Shown here: piece by piece, positions 62,601-64,000 of the stretch | Layout of the letters: each line of letters opens with the position of its first letter | How positions within the stretch are numbered: position 1 is the first letter of the stretch | Origin: Lytechinus pictus | Lineage: Eukaryota | DNA length: 64,000 nucleotides | Direction: 5' to 3' | NCBI RefSeq assembly: GCF_037042905.1 | Contig: NC_087247.1 | Span: forward strand, 13,330,001-13,394,000 | Made by a program: the position numbers and the translations under genes | The notes under the pieces: generated by a model | What the model was told of the DNA's origin: nothing | What the model saw: only the letters and a program-made list of their open reading frames with translations | Databases searched by the model: none

Positions 62601-63215
62601 AATATAGGGTATTTATATTGCGCACATATCCACCTTGTTAGGTGCTCAAGGCGCTCCTATATTACCCGGCTAAGCTAGGCGTTCATAGCGCACACAGCTT
62701 TTTAAGGAATTACTTCCTACCGGTACCCATTTACCTCACCTGGGTTGAGTGCAGCACAGTGTGGATCAGTTTCTTGCTGAAGGAAATTACGCCATGGCTG
62801 GGATTCGAACCCACGACCCTCTGTTTCAAAGTCCGCAGACTAATCCACTGGGCCACAACGCTCCACATTAACATTCATCTCATTCATTCAGTCCGTGTCA
62901 ATGTCATTCTAGCCTTTTTAGGTGTGTTTTTATCGGAGGATGTGATGTGACAAATGTCTTTCAATGTCCATCCTATTCTTTAGCTGCCCCATGATCAATG
63001 TTCCAGGATTCATGTATCCTGTCAAAGAATACTTCCTTCCTGAAGCTTTAGCAGACCTGGGTATCAATCCCAACAAACACAAGAGCCCGCTCTTTGAGGA
63101 GGGATCCACCGCCAAGGAACAGTCCAAGAAGAGGAAGAAGAATCGGAAAGCGCCACCAACTAACGTTGACCTTGTGGTAGAGGTCGTCAAAGCCATAGAC
63201 AAGAAAAAGCCACTG
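38673..63215 (+). CDS. DHX30: DEAH/RHA RNA helicase DHX30, 5' part (continues beyond the window)
   Basis: Exons 38673-38817, 56539-56825, 57445-57609, 58423-58679, 59713-59863, 60208-60391, 61078-61237, 62984-63215, with consistent phases. ds[31 protein letters not shown]; Walker [10 protein letters not shown]; TQPRRISA; [14 protein letters not shown]; [10 protein letters not shown]. The assignment of exon 1 is less certain than the rest. Confidence 0.9.
39327..39796 (-). pseudogene. C-terminal remainder of LINE ORF2
   Basis: [27 protein letters not shown] motif; continues the frame broken at 48832. Confidence 0.88.
39797..41416 (-). repeat. 3' LTR (1620 bp)
   Basis: Direct repeat of 47223-48831 with one extra 11-bp taattgagcgg unit. 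Confidence 0.95.
41650..44680 (-). CDS. BEL/Pao RT-RNase H-integrase portion (-1 frame relative to gag-pro)
   Basis: [58 protein letters not shown]. Confidence 0.94.
44613..47207 (-). CDS. BEL/Pao gag-protease portion of the polyprotein
   Basis: [13 protein letters not shown] gag motif, three Cys/His knuckles (CPCC..H..C, CFNCL..H..C, C..C..HHTLLH) and the aspartic protease motif ALLDHGS. Confidence 0.92.
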   Translation of the reverse strand: MDPSNKPNSEALAGVGPGAGDDEDDVKSTTSRGSAMSRVSCVSDTSSVKLRAARVKEELVNKKREQFLQEQRLRREQFKLQQEQFELNERIELLKIDHDKENAKVEATMWQEQVNEERAEAGFPPLPNKDLDNAQITERWFSTQGESNHQGNVPNVRKDNVYVKGNEHVSTGVVGEGTTTIHKPGNEGVGLSRGYNGNHQVNSQAQEQKPFIPNPFQTPVNNMYNHNMMAMALSLPKPDMPTFSGNPIDYWNFVNSFEVNIADRIHDSRLKLSYLIQFTSDKAREAIENCVLLDPDTGYSRARIILQDQFGRNYIVARAHMEKVINRSPLRATDSQGLWDLARDMRRCQMTTSQMGYSADMSTTDTLLKIQHLLPVHIQSKWASRAHSLMEQSVMPNFSHLTDFIEESAKVASNVFGKSVGRPAVQDKKASAGKPRPKVSTFNTTTSKSEKPKESSSCPCCSEKHELDKCRKFKGQSVDERFAFVKSKGLCFNCLKGSHMAKGCTATPKCSKDGCKKRHHTLLHMEWYTKGKDKGQETGKQTGAGQGSDLDNQADTNAVGGQKEVCLRVLPVKVRGNGREVTTWALLDHGSDVSLCEQRLADDLGIQGKETNFRLTTVNNTNTQRGGQEVSFSIQGIKDRDVIDMPRVWTVESLPTTHRSIPRQQDVDRWSHLKGIELPTAAKKDITLLIGSDTPEAFWVQEERRGKKKEPYAIRSPLGWTVMGPTGRRRKGAFEVNNISMDDHLQEQVQRFWKLDYAPGDESERLGDSVEDRKARAMMEDTIRLMDGHYEMGLPWRQFPPSLPNNHKIAESRLQSLKRRLEKDDSLHQKYTETMTNYLSKGLQGRWTRTLKRRALSGIYLTTQ
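47223..48831 (-). repeat. 5' LTR (1609 bp)
   Basis: TGTAGCGGC...CACGACA on the - strand; the gag ATG follows after a 15-nt spacer. Confidence 0.95.
48832..52100 (-). pseudogene. LINE ORF2 (endonuclease-RT-RNase H), broken by several frameshifts
   Basis: ILQWNA, LQETW, GDFNSH and GSDH (APE); [18 protein letters not shown] and YADD (RT); YTDGSK, FTDS and [15 protein letters not shown] (RNase H). Spread over track ORFs 51147-51866, 50767-51186 and 48827-50749. Confidence 0.9.
52162..53736 (-). CDS. LINE ORF1 (gag-like nucleic-acid chaperone)
   Basis: [15 protein letters not shown] and [16 protein letters not shown] knuckles; the middle knuckle looks partly deleted. Confidence 0.85.
   Translation of the reverse strand: MNQLFRFGQRIGKPVSEIQKHIYSKLTSILTKPNVNGTSNNIQTIQTEVMETEETDISSGEEAYYQAAIGKVTNTPSSNRKQGIFQSHLNKTNDRESSTEVESEMEWRKVERKKRKASTRTINEDDKRVRKGSFENKEGSCSNRKKGKKQNIRNEKKSMIVEIRDVGEKSCISKISPARLIKEITSKYGEVSKITKEKGSLKVTCIDETQMKKILEMTELIHTPVKVAQYLPITQIRGVIHKVDTLITEEELNELLKEQGVTYVKRFNKRINGELSPTPSVLLVFKGPNLPHHVSFLYQKYVVDEFVPTVTRCHKCQQFGHIQKNCKGHLRCGEAHTFEMCPNKDHPKCLRCNLNHSAAYQGCTYYKEAKNIQHVSLQNNLTYAQATKIYHQEKREENHSKDRDSSNKNIIKPLKRKKIPDQPNISEADVEQIPITVKRSTIKTATMSTQTETAEKSVQTDAQEFTSNQKPNEAEESGPVIPASTENARVDFLAFITFIVNNLDKETSHSNRIRLVVDAAKRGA
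54511..55035. mobile_element. Non-autonomous DNA transposon with CCCGGG(G)n termini and an 8-bp TSD
   Basis: TIR CCCGGG(G)nCACTC/GAGTG(C)nCCCGGG; GGTCGGAC duplicated at 54503-54510 and 55036-55043; internal GGAACGG/GGAGCGG subrepeats. Confidence 0.82.
58866..59419. mobile_element. Decayed piggyBac-like MITE
   Basis: TTAA-TCCT...AGGG-TAAA ends with G/C-run subterminal motifs; imperfect. Confidence 0.35.
60516..60671. mobile_element. hAT-type MITE
   Basis: TIR CACTAGCGTACCTA/TAGGTACGCCACTG; perfect 8-bp TSD AGGGTCAG. Confidence 0.85.
61346..61635 (+). mobile_element. tRNA-derived SINE
   Basis: A box TGGCCCAGTGG, B box GGTTCGAATCC, central CACCCAGGTGAGGTGAATGGGTACC and an (ATT)n tail. Confidence 0.88.
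62132..62494. mobile_element. Two abutting PIF/Harbinger-like MITEs
   Basis: 62132-62312 (GGGGTGTATCA...TGAAACACCCC) and 62316-62494 (GTGGGTGTTTCA...TGAAACACCCAC), joined through CAG. Confidence 0.65.
62597..62867 (-). mobile_element. tRNA-derived SINE
   Basis: Same head as 61346-61500 on the opposite strand, with a different 3' tail. Confidence 0.88.
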
Positions 63216-64000
63216 GTGAGTTGTTAGTTTGGTTGGGGAATTTGAGAAAATTTTCTCAAAATCTCAATATCTCTCAAATTTCAATATCTCTCTGTAATAG
63301 GAACAAACCCAGCTGTATTTAGAGAGGCCGCACTGCCATTCATCCGCGCGATGCGGCCTCCTGTTGGGTCTCTTATGCTGTAAACCAAGAGGCAGTTTTT
63401 ACTTGCACGGTGCACATTCACTTTTAATGTATATAAGTGAAATTTCAAATGACTTCACCATGGCACCTCGCACTGATACACAGAATGTTTTCATCCAGGG
63501 ATAGCTTTAAAGCTGCTGTAAGGGATTACTATTCAAGGATTCTAGGGCAATTGTCAGTCTCTTCTGGGGCATGTAGCAGAATGAGTTGGAATCAAATGTA
63601 TCTCCAAAAATCAATAACAACTTGAGTTTCCATCCTTGATTATTACCATCTTTACCACAATATTCTTTTTATTTCAAAAGTGATTACCTGATGCTTAATG
63701 TTCCTTCATTATATGAAAGACTATATTCATATTTTTTTTTAAAGATAATATTTTGCTTGAACTTTGAAATAGTCTTGCTACTTCATCCAATCGAATTTTT
63801 AATAGCTGATTAAATTTTTTCAATTTCCTATTTAATATATTTATACTAATATATCACAGTTGTAATTTGCCTTCTGTTGCCATAACAATGCAACTGGTAG
63901 TAATGTTAATGTCTCACAAACCAGCCATATTCTTTCTTATGTGTCTGAACTGATATATTGTTATTGTTGCATTCAGTTGCCATAGCAATGTCTTTCCTGG

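Overview
AT-rich, intron-containing animal DNA. An echinoderm (sea urchin) source is my inference from the TU-type foldback element and the SINE/MITE families. Four spliced host genes can be rebuilt by hand with GT-AG introns and consistent phases. They are the last two exons of the mitochondrial phosphate carrier SLC25A3 (+), a complete SSUH2-like zinc-finger gene (+, 542 aa) with an unusual GYPPPQQ-repeat N-terminus and a CaaX tail, a complete RPE (-, 230 aa), and the 5' part of DHX30 (+), which is head-to-head with RPE. The last SLC25A3 intron holds an expanded (~394 nt) H/ACA RNA that resembles vertebrate SNORA53, which has the same host gene. DHX30 intron 1 holds a decayed I-clade LINE interrupted by a young BEL/Pao LTR retrotransposon that has no target-site duplication. 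The remainder is a 4.3-kb TU-like foldback element, many MITEs, tRNA-derived SINEs and simple repeats. Family assignments come from motif recognition and memory; no database searches were run.
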